64,000 nucleotides of DNA. It comes from Candidatus Chisholmbacteria bacterium RIFCSPHIGHO2_01_FULL_52_32. GTDB taxonomy: Bacteria > Patescibacteriota > Microgenomatia > UBA1400 > Chisholmbacteraceae. The position numbers were made by a program, and so were the translations under genes. This document shows, piece after piece, positions 44,694-53,357 of this stretch; the first letter of the stretch is position 1, and each line of letters opens with the position of its first letter. The notes beneath the pieces are model-generated. The model saw nothing but the letters and a program-made list of their open reading frames with translations. It searched no databases and was not told the origin of the DNA. The DNA is taken from positions 586,681-650,680 of the forward strand of contig MHCJ01000003.1 of the NCBI GenBank assembly GCA_001816585.1, written 5' to 3'.

Positions 44694-46166
44694 TTATCGA
44701 TTCCGGGAAGGTTGTCCTTCCGGTTTGAGGGTGGGAAAGAGGATGACATCTTTAATCGAGGGACTGTCGGTAATGAATGCGACAAGGCGGTCAACCCCTA
44801 AACCCCAACCCGCTGTCGGGGGCATCCCGTACTCCAGAGCACGGATATAGTCCTCATCAATCATCTGGTATTCCAAAAGACCCTTTTTCGCGAGCGCCAT
44901 TTCCTCTTCCCAGCGCGCCCGTTGATCGATGGGATCGTTTAACTCGTTATAGGCATTCACCCATTCCTCGCCGGCAACCAAGAGTTGAAAACTTCCGGTT
45001 TTGCCGGGTTGGTCCGCTATCCTCTTGGCAAGCGGTTTCATCTCATATGGATAATCGATGAGGAACGCGGGGCCGCCAAGGTGTTCGCGCACCATCTTTT
45101 TGTAGAGTGCATCGAGGACAGCGGCGTAGCCAATCACTCCTTTTAAATCCAGTTCAAGCTTTTTCTTTCGGATTTCCGAGACCAGGAGCTTCTCGTTCCC
45201 TACTTTCACGATGTCTATCCCGGTGTATTTGGCGATTGCCTCTTGGTAGGGCAGACGTTGCCATGGTCTGGTAAAGTCGTAAGGCTTTCCAAGGTACTGG
45301 ACAACGAGCGTGCCTTTGATCGCCCGGATGATGGTCGTAACAAGTTCCTCGGTTAACTCCATGAGATCTTCATAGGTGGCGTATGCCCAATAAAATTCGG
45401 CTTGGGTGAACTCCGGGTTGTGGGAGCGGCTGATACCTTCGTTTCGAAAATCATGGCCGATCTCGTAGACCTTTTCGAACCCGCCAACAATCAGGCGCTT
45501 GAGGTAGAGTTCGTCAGCTATCCGAAGGTAAAAATCCCTGTCGAGGGCGTTGTGGTGCGTGACAAATGGTTTGGCTGTGGCTCCGCCGTAGATGGGCTGG
45601 AGAACGGGCGTTTCGACTTCAAAAAAACCCCGGCGGTCAAAAAATTCCCTCAACAATGAAACGATCCTGGTGCGGGTGACGAAGGTCTGTTTTACTTGGT
45701 CGTTGAACAAAAGATCGAGGTATCGCTGACGATACCGATCTTCAACATCCTTCAGACCGTACCAAGAGGCCGGCAGGGGGCGGAGGGATTTCGTTAGGAG
45801 ACGAAAGCTTTTTACCCTGACAGAGGATTCACCAGCCTCCGTGGTAAAGGTTACGCCGCTCGCCTCGATTGAATCTCCTAAATCCAACAATTCCAGACGA
45901 TCGAATTCTTCCCGTGAGAGATCATCTGCCTTCAAGACCAATTGAATTTTGCCGCTTTGGTCAACGAGATCCGCGAATTGAATCTTGCCGTGACCCCGCC
46001 ATGCCATCAGCCTTCCGGCAACCGTGACTTCGAGGCCTTCCTTTTTTCGTGCCTCGCTTGCCGTGTGGGTGCGGTTTGATTTTTGAGGGAACGGATCAAT
46101 CCCCAAGCTTCTGAGGGTCTGTAATTTGTTTTGTCTCGATTGCTTGACACGGTCTAAGCGGCTCAT
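44694..46166 (-). CDS. lysS: Lysine--tRNA ligase (class II)
   Basis: RYRQRYLDL, YLRIADELYLKRL, FRNEG..HNPEFT, YGMPPTAG. Confidence 0.97.
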   Translation of the reverse strand: MSRLDRVKQSRQNKLQTLRSLGIDPFPQKSNRTHTASEARKKEGLEVTVAGRLMAWRGHGKIQFADLVDQSGKIQLVLKADDLSREEFDRLELLDLGDSIEASGVTFTTEAGESSVRVKSFRLLTKSLRPLPASWYGLKDVEDRYRQRYLDLLFNDQVKQTFVTRTRIVSLLREFFDRRGFFEVETPVLQPIYGGATAKPFVTHHNALDRDFYLRIADELYLKRLIVGGFEKVYEIGHDFRNEGISRSHNPEFTQAEFYWAYATYEDLMELTEELVTTIIRAIKGTLVVQYLGKPYDFTRPWQRLPYQEAIAKYTGIDIVKVGNEKLLVSEIRKKKLELDLKGVIGYAAVLDALYKKMVREHLGGPAFLIDYPYEMKPLAKRIADQPGKTGSFQLLVAGEEWVNAYNELNDPIDQRARWEEEMALAKKGLLEYQMIDEDYIRALEYGMPPTAGWGLGVDRLVAFITDSPSIKDVILFPTLKPEGQPSRNR

Positions 46167-46195
46167 TTTTCCCCTTGGCTTAGTATATCAGACGC

Positions 46196-46229
46196 AAAAA
46201 ACCCCGCCGTTTGACAATGGCGGGGTCCC
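46196..46229. terminator. Intrinsic terminator after greA
   Basis: ACCCCGCC...GGCGGGGT stem with an A run on + (U run on minus). Confidence 0.7.
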
Positions 46230-46247
46230 TTTTCCTTGAGAAATACT

Positions 46248-46754
46248 CTAGTGGATCTTTTTTATTGTGTAGACGATTTTTCCTGCCGGTGCTTCGATTT
46301 CCACCTTGTCTCCCTGTTTCTTTCCCACCAAGGCCTTGCCTAAAGGAGATTGGTGAGAAATCTTCTTCTGGTTGGGATCAGCCTCCCATTCTCCAACGAT
46401 AGTGTAGGTGTGTGACTTTCCGTTCCCGATGATCGTCACGGTGCAACCGAGATCAACGGTCTGGCGTTTCTTTTTGTCGTCGATGAGCTTTGCCTTTGCC
46501 AGGAGCTCCTGAAGCTCTTCGATTCGTCCGTCAATGAAGGAGAGCTCGTCCCGGGCCTGGTGATATTCGCTGTTTTCCGTGAGATCGCCGAAGTCTCTGG
46601 CGCGCGCGACGCGCTCCACGACCTCCGGTCGCTTCGATTCAATAAGATTATTGAGTTCACGCTTCAGCTCCTCCAGCCCTTCAGAGGTCAGATGAACCGC
46701 TTTCGGTATCTGTGCCATGGTATGTTGCAGTTTTTTGTTCATTGATTTTGCCAC
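46248..46754 (-). CDS. greA: Transcription elongation factor GreA
   Basis: ARDFGDLTENSEY, IVGEWEAD, ISHQSPLG. Confidence 0.95.
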   Translation of the reverse strand: MAKSMNKKLQHTMAQIPKAVHLTSEGLEELKRELNNLIESKRPEVVERVARARDFGDLTENSEYHQARDELSFIDGRIEELQELLAKAKLIDDKKKRQTVDLGCTVTIIGNGKSHTYTIVGEWEADPNQKKISHQSPLGKALVGKKQGDKVEIEAPAGKIVYTIKKIH

Positions 46755-46816
46755 TTCCCGCCCTTCTTGTTTCTGGTTTTCCTGTCCTTTTTTGGAAAAC
46801 TGTTCGGGGTTAGTGT

Positions 46817-46907
46817 AAAAATAAACTCCGCAAAAAAGTATGGCGGAGGTTTGTTCTTGGCAGGTTATTATCGAGCGTATGTTACTGTATTAAACCACCT
46901 CTGTCAA
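46817..46907 (-). promoter_or_regulatory. greA promoter plus leader terminator (attenuator-like)
   Basis: TTGACA-17-TAACAT, then CTCCGC/GCGGAG stem and TTTATTTTT upstream of the start codon. Confidence 0.65.
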
Positions 46908-46976
46908 GTCAATGCGTAGTCAAAACTTACGGAGTATCCCGGTTCCTATGCGCATTTCCCTGATACAATAGAGCCT

Positions 46977-47888
46977 ATGACTGCTGGAATCAAAGTCGGC
47001 CCGGCAAATTGGAAAGCGATTTTTTCGGATTATTACCCTCGGGTGTGTGAGGTTTGGTTTCGGGTTGACTGGCTCGAGCGCTACCTGAAGCTTTTTTTAT
47101 ATCTTCAGAGGAAAAACATCCAAGCCGGTCTTCATTTTTGGGGAATGCTTCCAGGTGGGATCATGCCGAATTTTGCCTTTCCTGATCCAGACGTCCGTGA
47201 GCCTTCTTTGGTACTTGTGAAACAAACGATTGATGCTGCAAGTGAGTTTGGACTGACCTATGTCAACATCCACCCGGGCTCCTATCGCTTGTCTACCGTA
47301 AACCTTAATCGGCTTTTCATGCGACCTGTTCCCGGGAGGGAAACTTCTTCCAGGGAGGGTGAAGCAGTACTTCGTGAAAATATCTCCGTTCTTCATGAGT
47401 ATGCAAAAAAACGGGGCGTCATACTACTCGTAGAAACGCTTCCCGCCAAAGAGCCGATGCACTGGCGCGATTTGGCAAAGGGCAGGATGCGCACACAAGA
47501 TATGAAAAATGTTCCCGTTGCGGCAGTTGAGATGCTTGCCGAAAATGGTGCTTGGATCACCAATGATCTCTGCCATACAGCGATGGATATCGTTTCCGAT
47601 GATCGAACTCACCTGTTTGCAAAACTTCTTGAGAAAACCAAGCGTCTGGCCAAACAAACGCGACTCATCCACGCCAATACCATGCTGCCTCCATTCAATG
47701 GTACGGATGGGCATTTAGGTATTCTTGATGAGGATTTCAAAAGCGGTGTTTTTCCATCAAGAGAACAGCTTGTTCATCTCCTATCCGTTTTTGCGCACCG
47801 GGATGACATTTGGGTCATTCCGGAGCCCTTTTCAAAAAATGCGGAAAATACCTTGGCACTGGAAAAACTTCTTGACGTGGTAAAATAG
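46977..47888 (+). CDS. Xylose-isomerase/AP-endonuclease-2 family TIM barrel
   Basis: NIHPG, LVET, DLCH, IH, DGH, PE metal-ligand pattern. Confidence 0.75.
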   Translation: MTAGIKVGPANWKAIFSDYYPRVCEVWFRVDWLERYLKLFLYLQRKNIQAGLHFWGMLPGGIMPNFAFPDPDVREPSLVLVKQTIDAASEFGLTYVNIHPGSYRLSTVNLNRLFMRPVPGRETSSREGEAVLRENISVLHEYAKKRGVILLVETLPAKEPMHWRDLAKGRMRTQDMKNVPVAAVEMLAENGAWITNDLCHTAMDIVSDDRTHLFAKLLEKTKRLAKQTRLIHANTMLPPFNGTDGHLGILDEDFKSGVFPSREQLVHLLSVFAHRDDIWVIPEPFSKNAENTLALEKLLDVVK

Positions 47889-47933
47889 TGCCGTCTGTGG
47901 CGTTCGTCCACCCTGAACCAGAAAGATAGTCTG

Positions 47934-48008
47934 GTCGCGTTCGTCTAACGGTTAGGACATTAGGTTCTCAACCTAATAACAGGGGTTCGATTCCCCTACG
48001 CGACACCA
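47934..48008 (+). tRNA. tRNA-Glu (anticodon CTC)
   Basis: Acceptor GTCGCGT/ACGCGAC, anticodon arm TTAGG-TTCTCAA-CCTAA, T arm AGGGG-TTCGATT-CCCCT, encoded CCA. Confidence 0.95.
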
Positions 48009-48108
48009 CTCACACCAAACCGAAGTCGGTCCAATGCCTTTTCCCGGTTGATTGAAAAATGATTTACTGTTTGACTATTCAGGTCACCTTCCGAGCGATA
48101 CTCCCATA

Positions 48109-48756
48109 ATGACTTTTCGGAAACTTAAACACCTCATTCATTCCCCATTTCACCGGATGCAAGCCGAACGACTCGGATCGGAGATCGCACGACATGCGGG
48201 TTCTTCTTCGAGCCTTCTTGATGTGGGATGCGGAGATATGGTCATCACCCGTTACATCAACGATATTTCCCCCGGGAAAAAAGTCATGGGTGTTGATGTC
48301 GTCGATTACAGACAGACAAACATGCCGTTTTTGCTTTACGATGGTAACTCACTTCCCTTTGCGGATGAGAGTTTTGATACAGTCTATGCTATTTTTGTCC
48401 TTCATCACTGCACCGATGAGGTGCAGGTACTTAAAGAGATGCTTCGGGTTTCGAAAGTGAACGTCATTATTATCGAAGATATCTTTGACAGCGTTCTTGG
48501 AAAATACATCACGTATCTCAACGATTGGGTCGGAAACAGGATGGAGTCTGCTGATATCCCGATTCCTTTTCATTTCCATAGCGATGCACAATGGAAAGAT
48601 ATTTTTGACCTTCTTCGTTCTCGTGTGGACTATGAAAAAAGGGTCTATCAGCTACCGTTCCCTGTCAATTTTACACGTCAGAAGCTCTACGTTGTGTCGA
48701 AGTCCAAAGCTCGCTTCACCGTGAACAACGTTCATATTGCAGACGAGATCATTTAA
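48109..48756 (+). CDS. Class I SAM-dependent methyltransferase
   Basis: LLDVGCG, LPFADESFD, VLHH, IIIED. Confidence 0.85.
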   Translation: MTFRKLKHLIHSPFHRMQAERLGSEIARHAGSSSSLLDVGCGDMVITRYINDISPGKKVMGVDVVDYRQTNMPFLLYDGNSLPFADESFDTVYAIFVLHHCTDEVQVLKEMLRVSKVNVIIIEDIFDSVLGKYITYLNDWVGNRMESADIPIPFHFHSDAQWKDIFDLLRSRVDYEKRVYQLPFPVNFTRQKLYVVSKSKARFTVNNVHIADEII

Positions 48757-49069
48757 GCAAAGGGGCTGCTGTTTCGTCTCCTTGAGCGGTACTTACTTCA
48801 GATTGCCTGATGGTTCTGACCATTTCCCAAAAGGACCGGGGCTCGGTTCCTTCAGAAATCGCAATGAGGGCCCGGATGGTATGAATACCATGTTGGCGTT
48901 GCCTATGAATCAAATCTTGGCTGGGAAAATCTTGCCACTTTTCATCTTCACTATGATAATATCCCCAGTCCAGAAGAAGACTTCGGACTAAACGGGAAGC
49001 ATCTTCGGGCGAAATATAGGAATCATCGTACGAGGTTCCAAGTTTTTCTCTGAACTCTTCGACCCTCAT
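48749..49069 (-). CDS. Hypothetical protein
   Basis: 106-aa ORF filling the gap between genes. Confidence 0.5.
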   Translation of the reverse strand: MRVEEFREKLGTSYDDSYISPEDASRLVRSLLLDWGYYHSEDEKWQDFPSQDLIHRQRQHGIHTIRALIAISEGTEPRSFWEMVRTIRQSEVSTAQGDETAAPLLK

Positions 49070-49138
49070 ACCTGAAATTATCCCCCAATTGTCAAATACT
49101 TTTGTTCATATTCATCTCATGGTATTATTGCTTTTGTT

Positions 49139-49375
49139 ATGTGCTTTGCTTTACCGCTCCGGGTGAAATCGACCTCTCAATCTAAAGCTGTGATGGAAGA
49201 TGGCAGACAGGTGAACCTTGCAATGGTGGGACAGAGTAAAAAAGGACAATGGCTTTTGGTTCAATCGAATCTGGCAGTTGATCGGCTTACTCAAGCTGAG
49301 GCGCGGGCAATGCGATCAGCGATCAAAGAGGCCACGTCGAACGTGGTTGGAGATTTCCATGAGGTCAAACTTTAA
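49139..49375 (+). CDS. hypC: HypC/HybG-like hydrogenase chaperone (His-less)
   Basis: MCFALP N-terminus; GQWLLVQ..LAVDRL..EA. Confidence 0.75.
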   Translation: MCFALPLRVKSTSQSKAVMEDGRQVNLAMVGQSKKGQWLLVQSNLAVDRLTQAEARAMRSAIKEATSNVVGDFHEVKL

Positions 49376-50288
49376 ATATGGGGTACAGTTGGCGCTTGCG
49401 ACGGCGATCTTTTCCGGGATTGCGAATTTTGTCAATAAGTTTGCAGTCTCCCAGGCCGATCCGTTGGTTTTTACGACACTTAAGAATATCCTCGTTGCGT
49501 TCTTCATCATCGGGGTTGTCATCTTTGCCCGCAAGTTCCCCAAGTTCCGCGCTCTTTCCCGCGGAGATATCATTCGGCTGTTGGCAATTGCAATTATCGG
49601 CGGGAGCCTGCCGTTCTACCTCTTTTTCTCCGCCCTCAAAGAGGTATCGGCCATCAATGCTTCCCTCATCCATAAGTCGTTGGTGGTTTGGGTGACACTT
49701 TTGGCAGTCCCCCTCCTTCGTGAACGGATCTCACCCATTCAGGTTGGTGCAATCGGACTTATCCTCAGCGCGAATCTACTCATCGGGGGTTTTCAAGGAT
49801 TCTCCTTGCAAGGTCCTGAACTCATGATCCTTGCAGCAACAGTGTTTTGGGCAGTTGAGAATGTCATTGCGAAAGTTACTTTGCGGCGTGTGGATCCGGA
49901 TATTGTCGTCGGGGCACGCATGGGCATTGGGTCCTTCATTCTTCTTTCCGCGCTCGTTCTCTCGGGAAAGACGACTCAGCTGTTCGCCTTCACTCCACAG
50001 CAGTTTGGGTTTACCCTACTGACTTCTTTCCTGCTGTTCGGCTATGTTTCGACCTGGTACCGAGCCCTGAGAGTGGCTCCGGTAACCCTAACGGCAACGG
50101 TGTTGACCTCGGCCACGCTGGTCACCAATCTTTTAAGCGCAGCATTTGTTACCCACACGTTTGGACTTTTTCAGTTTGCAGAACTTGTGTTTGTCATCGC
50201 CGGGCTTTGGTTTTTCCTTCTTGCTGCACGGAGTTTGGTTGACCCGGGCTCTCGTCACCTTGCCCCTTGGGTGGAAACGGTGCGATAA
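49359..50288 (+). CDS. EamA/DMT transporter
   Basis: 10 TM, LRERIS; coupled to hypC. Confidence 0.85.
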   Translation: MRSNFKYGVQLALATAIFSGIANFVNKFAVSQADPLVFTTLKNILVAFFIIGVVIFARKFPKFRALSRGDIIRLLAIAIIGGSLPFYLFFSALKEVSAINASLIHKSLVVWVTLLAVPLLRERISPIQVGAIGLILSANLLIGGFQGFSLQGPELMILAATVFWAVENVIAKVTLRRVDPDIVVGARMGIGSFILLSALVLSGKTTQLFAFTPQQFGFTLLTSFLLFGYVSTWYRALRVAPVTLTATVLTSATLVTNLLSAAFVTHTFGLFQFAELVFVIAGLWFFLLAARSLVDPGSRHLAPWVETVR

Positions 50289-50291
50289 CCT

Positions 50292-51035
50292 ATGGATGGC
50301 GTTTTAGCGTGTGCGCGGTATAGCTTCGCCCCTAATTACTACAAATATTGCGGGCCGGATGCCAATCGATCAATCGCCGCTTACCTTCAAGAAGGGGTTT
50401 CCGATCCCGGACTTTCCGTATACCTTTCCGAGTTCGCCGTGCTTTACCCGTACCTGAAACTCATCGCCCACGAGAACGGACTTACCAATCCCTTCGATCC
50501 CCGAGTCGTTGAGGCATACTGGGTCGGGAATAACCTTCTCGAACACATCGGTATGAAGTCTTTTTCCCAGCATCTTCTGTATGAGCAGCATTTGAAGAAA
50601 CGATTGCCACAAAAAAAGCTTAAGTGGGTTATCGAAAAAGTCCCTAAAGGGGCCAAACTCCACCACAGTTTCCATGTGTTTTCTATCTACACACGGACGG
50701 GGCAAATGGCGGTTGAGCATACGATGGATACGATGGACAGTTGTAGAATTTCCTGGGGACAAATAATCGCAAATAGCAAATGGCAAATGGCAGATGGCAA
50801 TATAAGAGTAAGGACTCAACAGCTTGTCTATGAAGAGGGGAAGTTGCGACTAAAAGAGGGTGTGACTCGGGAGGTGATGTTGCCGGTTGCCAACGACTTC
50901 GGGAAAACTCTTAAACCCGGTGACTGGGTGACGACTCACTGGGGATTTGTATGTGACAGGATTTCAGGGGCAAAGGCGCAAAAGCTGGAGTATTACACAC
51001 ATCTTAACCTGTGGTTGGCGAATGAGACAATATGA
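50292..51035 (+). CDS. DUF6390-like protein
   Basis: YSFAPN..YCGP, VVEAYWVGN, HHSFHV, CRISWG, GDWV..HWG.VC. Confidence 0.75.
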   Translation: MDGVLACARYSFAPNYYKYCGPDANRSIAAYLQEGVSDPGLSVYLSEFAVLYPYLKLIAHENGLTNPFDPRVVEAYWVGNNLLEHIGMKSFSQHLLYEQHLKKRLPQKKLKWVIEKVPKGAKLHHSFHVFSIYTRTGQMAVEHTMDTMDSCRISWGQIIANSKWQMADGNIRVRTQQLVYEEGKLRLKEGVTREVMLPVANDFGKTLKPGDWVTTHWGFVCDRISGAKAQKLEYYTHLNLWLANETI

Positions 51036-51068
51036 TTATTGCTATATTGCTAAATTGTTACATTGTTG
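51034..51068. repeat. Heptamer array (ATTGCTA/ATTGTTA type)
   Basis: attgcta t attgcta a attgtta c attgttg (7-8 bp period). Confidence 0.55.
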
Positions 51069-51080
51069 AAGAAGATTTGG

Positions 51081-51482
51081 ATGAACAATAAGCGGCGAAT
51101 TTTTGTTTTCGGGAATCCGAGGGTGAGAGCTGATTCGTTGCCGCTTTGGATTCTTCCGAAATTACGGAAGCGATTTCCGAAGATTGAGTTCGTCGTCGCG
51201 GATCCGACAGAAATGCTTGACTATTCCGGTGAAGAGGTTTGGATCCTGGATTCGGCAACAGGCATTTCTGATGTCACTGTTTTTGAGCATCTCCCGGCTA
51301 TGGAATCGTCTGAGCGCATGAGCGTCCATGACTATGATCTGGCATACGAATTAAAACTTCTTCAGAAACTTGGGAAGCTTGGGAAGGTAAGGATCGTGGC
51401 TCTTCCAACGACAATGGGAGAGAGCGAGGCGCTCGCGCGTGTCTCTTCTTGTCTTACGAGCTTATTTGGGAATCAAGGATAG
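51081..51482 (+). CDS. Hydrogenase maturation protease-like (HycI/HybD fold)
   Basis: VFGNP...D, ILDS, SVHD. Confidence 0.75.
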   Translation: MNNKRRIFVFGNPRVRADSLPLWILPKLRKRFPKIEFVVADPTEMLDYSGEEVWILDSATGISDVTVFEHLPAMESSERMSVHDYDLAYELKLLQKLGKLGKVRIVALPTTMGESEALARVSSCLTSLFGNQG

Positions 51483-51494
51483 TCCTTACCGCTG

Positions 51495-52784
51495 TTACAA
51501 CCATTTCACTTTGAGGAAATGCGTTGCGCAGCTCATGCAGGGGTCGTAGGCGCGGATCAATTTTTCAATCTCCAGTGCCAATTTCTCTTTCCCAAGCCCG
51601 ATGTTGTTTTCAACCAGGGTTTTAACGTTCTTCTCCATGCTTACTTGGTTTTGGCCGGTCGGAACCACGATGTCGGCTTTCACAACCTTTCGATCCTTGA
51701 TTTCAAGCTCGTGGAAGAGGGTGCCCCGGGGCGCCTCTATCACTCCCACACCGACCCCTTCACTTGTCCCGCTTTGGGCGAGCGGTTCCTCAACAAGCTT
51801 CGGATTTCGCTCAAGAAGTTCTACGCTCTCGTCCAGGCAATGAAGAATTTCGATGGCTTGGGCAAGATTATTGTCGTAGACATTCTTTGACGGGAAACGG
51901 GCAAGGGCTTTGTCCGCGTCCTTTCTTGTCTTCGGATGGAGGTGGTCCTTTGAGAGATTGAGCCTTGCCAACGCCCCAACCATGTAAGGCTGACCTTTGA
52001 ATTTATAACCGGAGGCTTGGGAGTACGGAATGACCGTGTGTTCGAGGTGTTCACGGAAGTTCGCTTCCGGGATCGTTTCCCCGCTTGTCGAAGCAATATC
52101 GCCTGTCAAGAAGCCGTAATCGGCCGATTTAATCCCGACAAAATTCGTTTCATCCTCGAATCGAAACGGGCAATTGAGGAACACGTCGATAAGCCGCAGG
52201 GCAGCCGGCCGCGCCTTGAGCAATTTTTCCTTGGTGATTGCCAGTTCTTCTTCTTTGGGGAATTTTGTGTAGCCGCCAACCGCAACAAACGGGGCGTGGA
52301 CGCTGCGGCCGCCAAAGGCAATCGAGAGTTGGTTTCCCGCTTCTTTGACGATGAATGTATCGTGTAAAAGTTCATGTTCGCGGGAATCGTTTTCATCGAA
52401 ATCTAAGAGCGAATCCTTCCCGACCACATCGGGAAGCGAGAAGACGTAGAGATGAAGCCCGTGGTCGCGGATGATCAGGCCGCTGATGGTCAGCCGGCGC
52501 ATGAGCATCGTTTGCGGCGATGGCGTTATCCCGAGTGCCTTTTCCACGGATTCGACGCTGCACAAAAGATGGGCGTTGGAACAGGTCCCGCAAATACGGG
52601 CAAGTAGTTGCGGGACATCGGCAACATTTTTTCCCCGTATGCCTTGTGTGTAGAACCGTTTGAACTCGGTGATCTTCAGTTTCAAATCCACCACTTTCCC
52701 GTCGCGTACCATAAGATCAAGGGCGGCGGCACCCTCGATTTTGGAGATTTCTTCAAGAGACAAATCGAAAGAGGTAGAATGCAT
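51495..52784 (-). CDS. [NiFe]-hydrogenase large subunit (group 3-related)
   Basis: KIEG, RICGTC..H, EAPRG, VPT..N, DPCMSCATH plus FLKVKWL extension. Confidence 0.92.
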   Translation of the reverse strand: MHSTSFDLSLEEISKIEGAAALDLMVRDGKVVDLKLKITEFKRFYTQGIRGKNVADVPQLLARICGTCSNAHLLCSVESVEKALGITPSPQTMLMRRLTISGLIIRDHGLHLYVFSLPDVVGKDSLLDFDENDSREHELLHDTFIVKEAGNQLSIAFGGRSVHAPFVAVGGYTKFPKEEELAITKEKLLKARPAALRLIDVFLNCPFRFEDETNFVGIKSADYGFLTGDIASTSGETIPEANFREHLEHTVIPYSQASGYKFKGQPYMVGALARLNLSKDHLHPKTRKDADKALARFPSKNVYDNNLAQAIEILHCLDESVELLERNPKLVEEPLAQSGTSEGVGVGVIEAPRGTLFHELEIKDRKVVKADIVVPTGQNQVSMEKNVKTLVENNIGLGKEKLALEIEKLIRAYDPCMSCATHFLKVKWL

Positions 52785-52870
52785 AGGATATAGAGATAAG
52801 GAATAAAGAATAAGTGTAGAGTCAAGATCGCCGACTTTGCACTTAATCTTTACTCTTTATTCTTTCTAAT
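52785..52870. repeat. Paired inverted heptamer arrays equal to the four-helix-bundle flanks without the gene
   Basis: taaggaa taaagaa taagtgt agagtca ... ttactctttattcttt. Confidence 0.85.
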
Positions 52871-53353
52871 TCCGAATTCTTCAAAGAGTTTGTCCATAAG
52901 AACGAGGAATTGGTCGGTGTTCATCGGGCAGCCGGACACGAACGCATCAACGGGGACGATTTCGTTTACTCTGAGCACTTTGGGGAGATAGGCAAAACGC
53001 TTAAGAATCGGCTGGATCTCTGCTTTCGTGGTTTCGTCAAACAGATTCCGCTGAGCGGAGGGAAACCCTGAAACGGCGCAGGAACCGATGGCAACCAGCT
53101 TGGTTGCTGACTCACGGATCTTTTTTAGCTTCTCCGTCTGCTTCTCACTGGAAATGGCACCCTCTACAAATGCAACATCCAACTGTTCAAGCGGGCCGCT
53201 TTTACGAAAGACCTTGGCATTGACAAAATCCAAATGCATCCGCCAGGCGAAGAAATGTTCGTTCAGAAGCTCCGTTAGCATGATGGTTGAATCCTCGCAA
53301 CAAGTGAAGCTGAACCACCCGATGCGCAATTTTTTCGGGTTTGGATCCGTCAT
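52850..53353 (-). CDS. Truncated [NiFe]-hydrogenase small subunit (proximal-cluster domain only)
   Basis: FTCCEDS, DVAFVEG, GSCA, GCP; 167 aa. Confidence 0.85.
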   Translation of the reverse strand: MTDPNPKKLRIGWFSFTCCEDSTIMLTELLNEHFFAWRMHLDFVNAKVFRKSGPLEQLDVAFVEGAISSEKQTEKLKKIRESATKLVAIGSCAVSGFPSAQRNLFDETTKAEIQPILKRFAYLPKVLRVNEIVPVDAFVSGCPMNTDQFLVLMDKLFEEFGIRKNKE

Positions 53354-53357
53354 TTCT

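Noticed and set aside
47934-49069. tRNA-Glu as integration site of an island
   Set aside because: No integrase and no duplicated tRNA 3' end noticed, although the two following genes are AT-richer.
51495-53353. Selenocysteine or TGA recoding in the hydrogenase
   Set aside because: All ligands are Cys codons in open frames, and TGA serves as stop elsewhere in the window.
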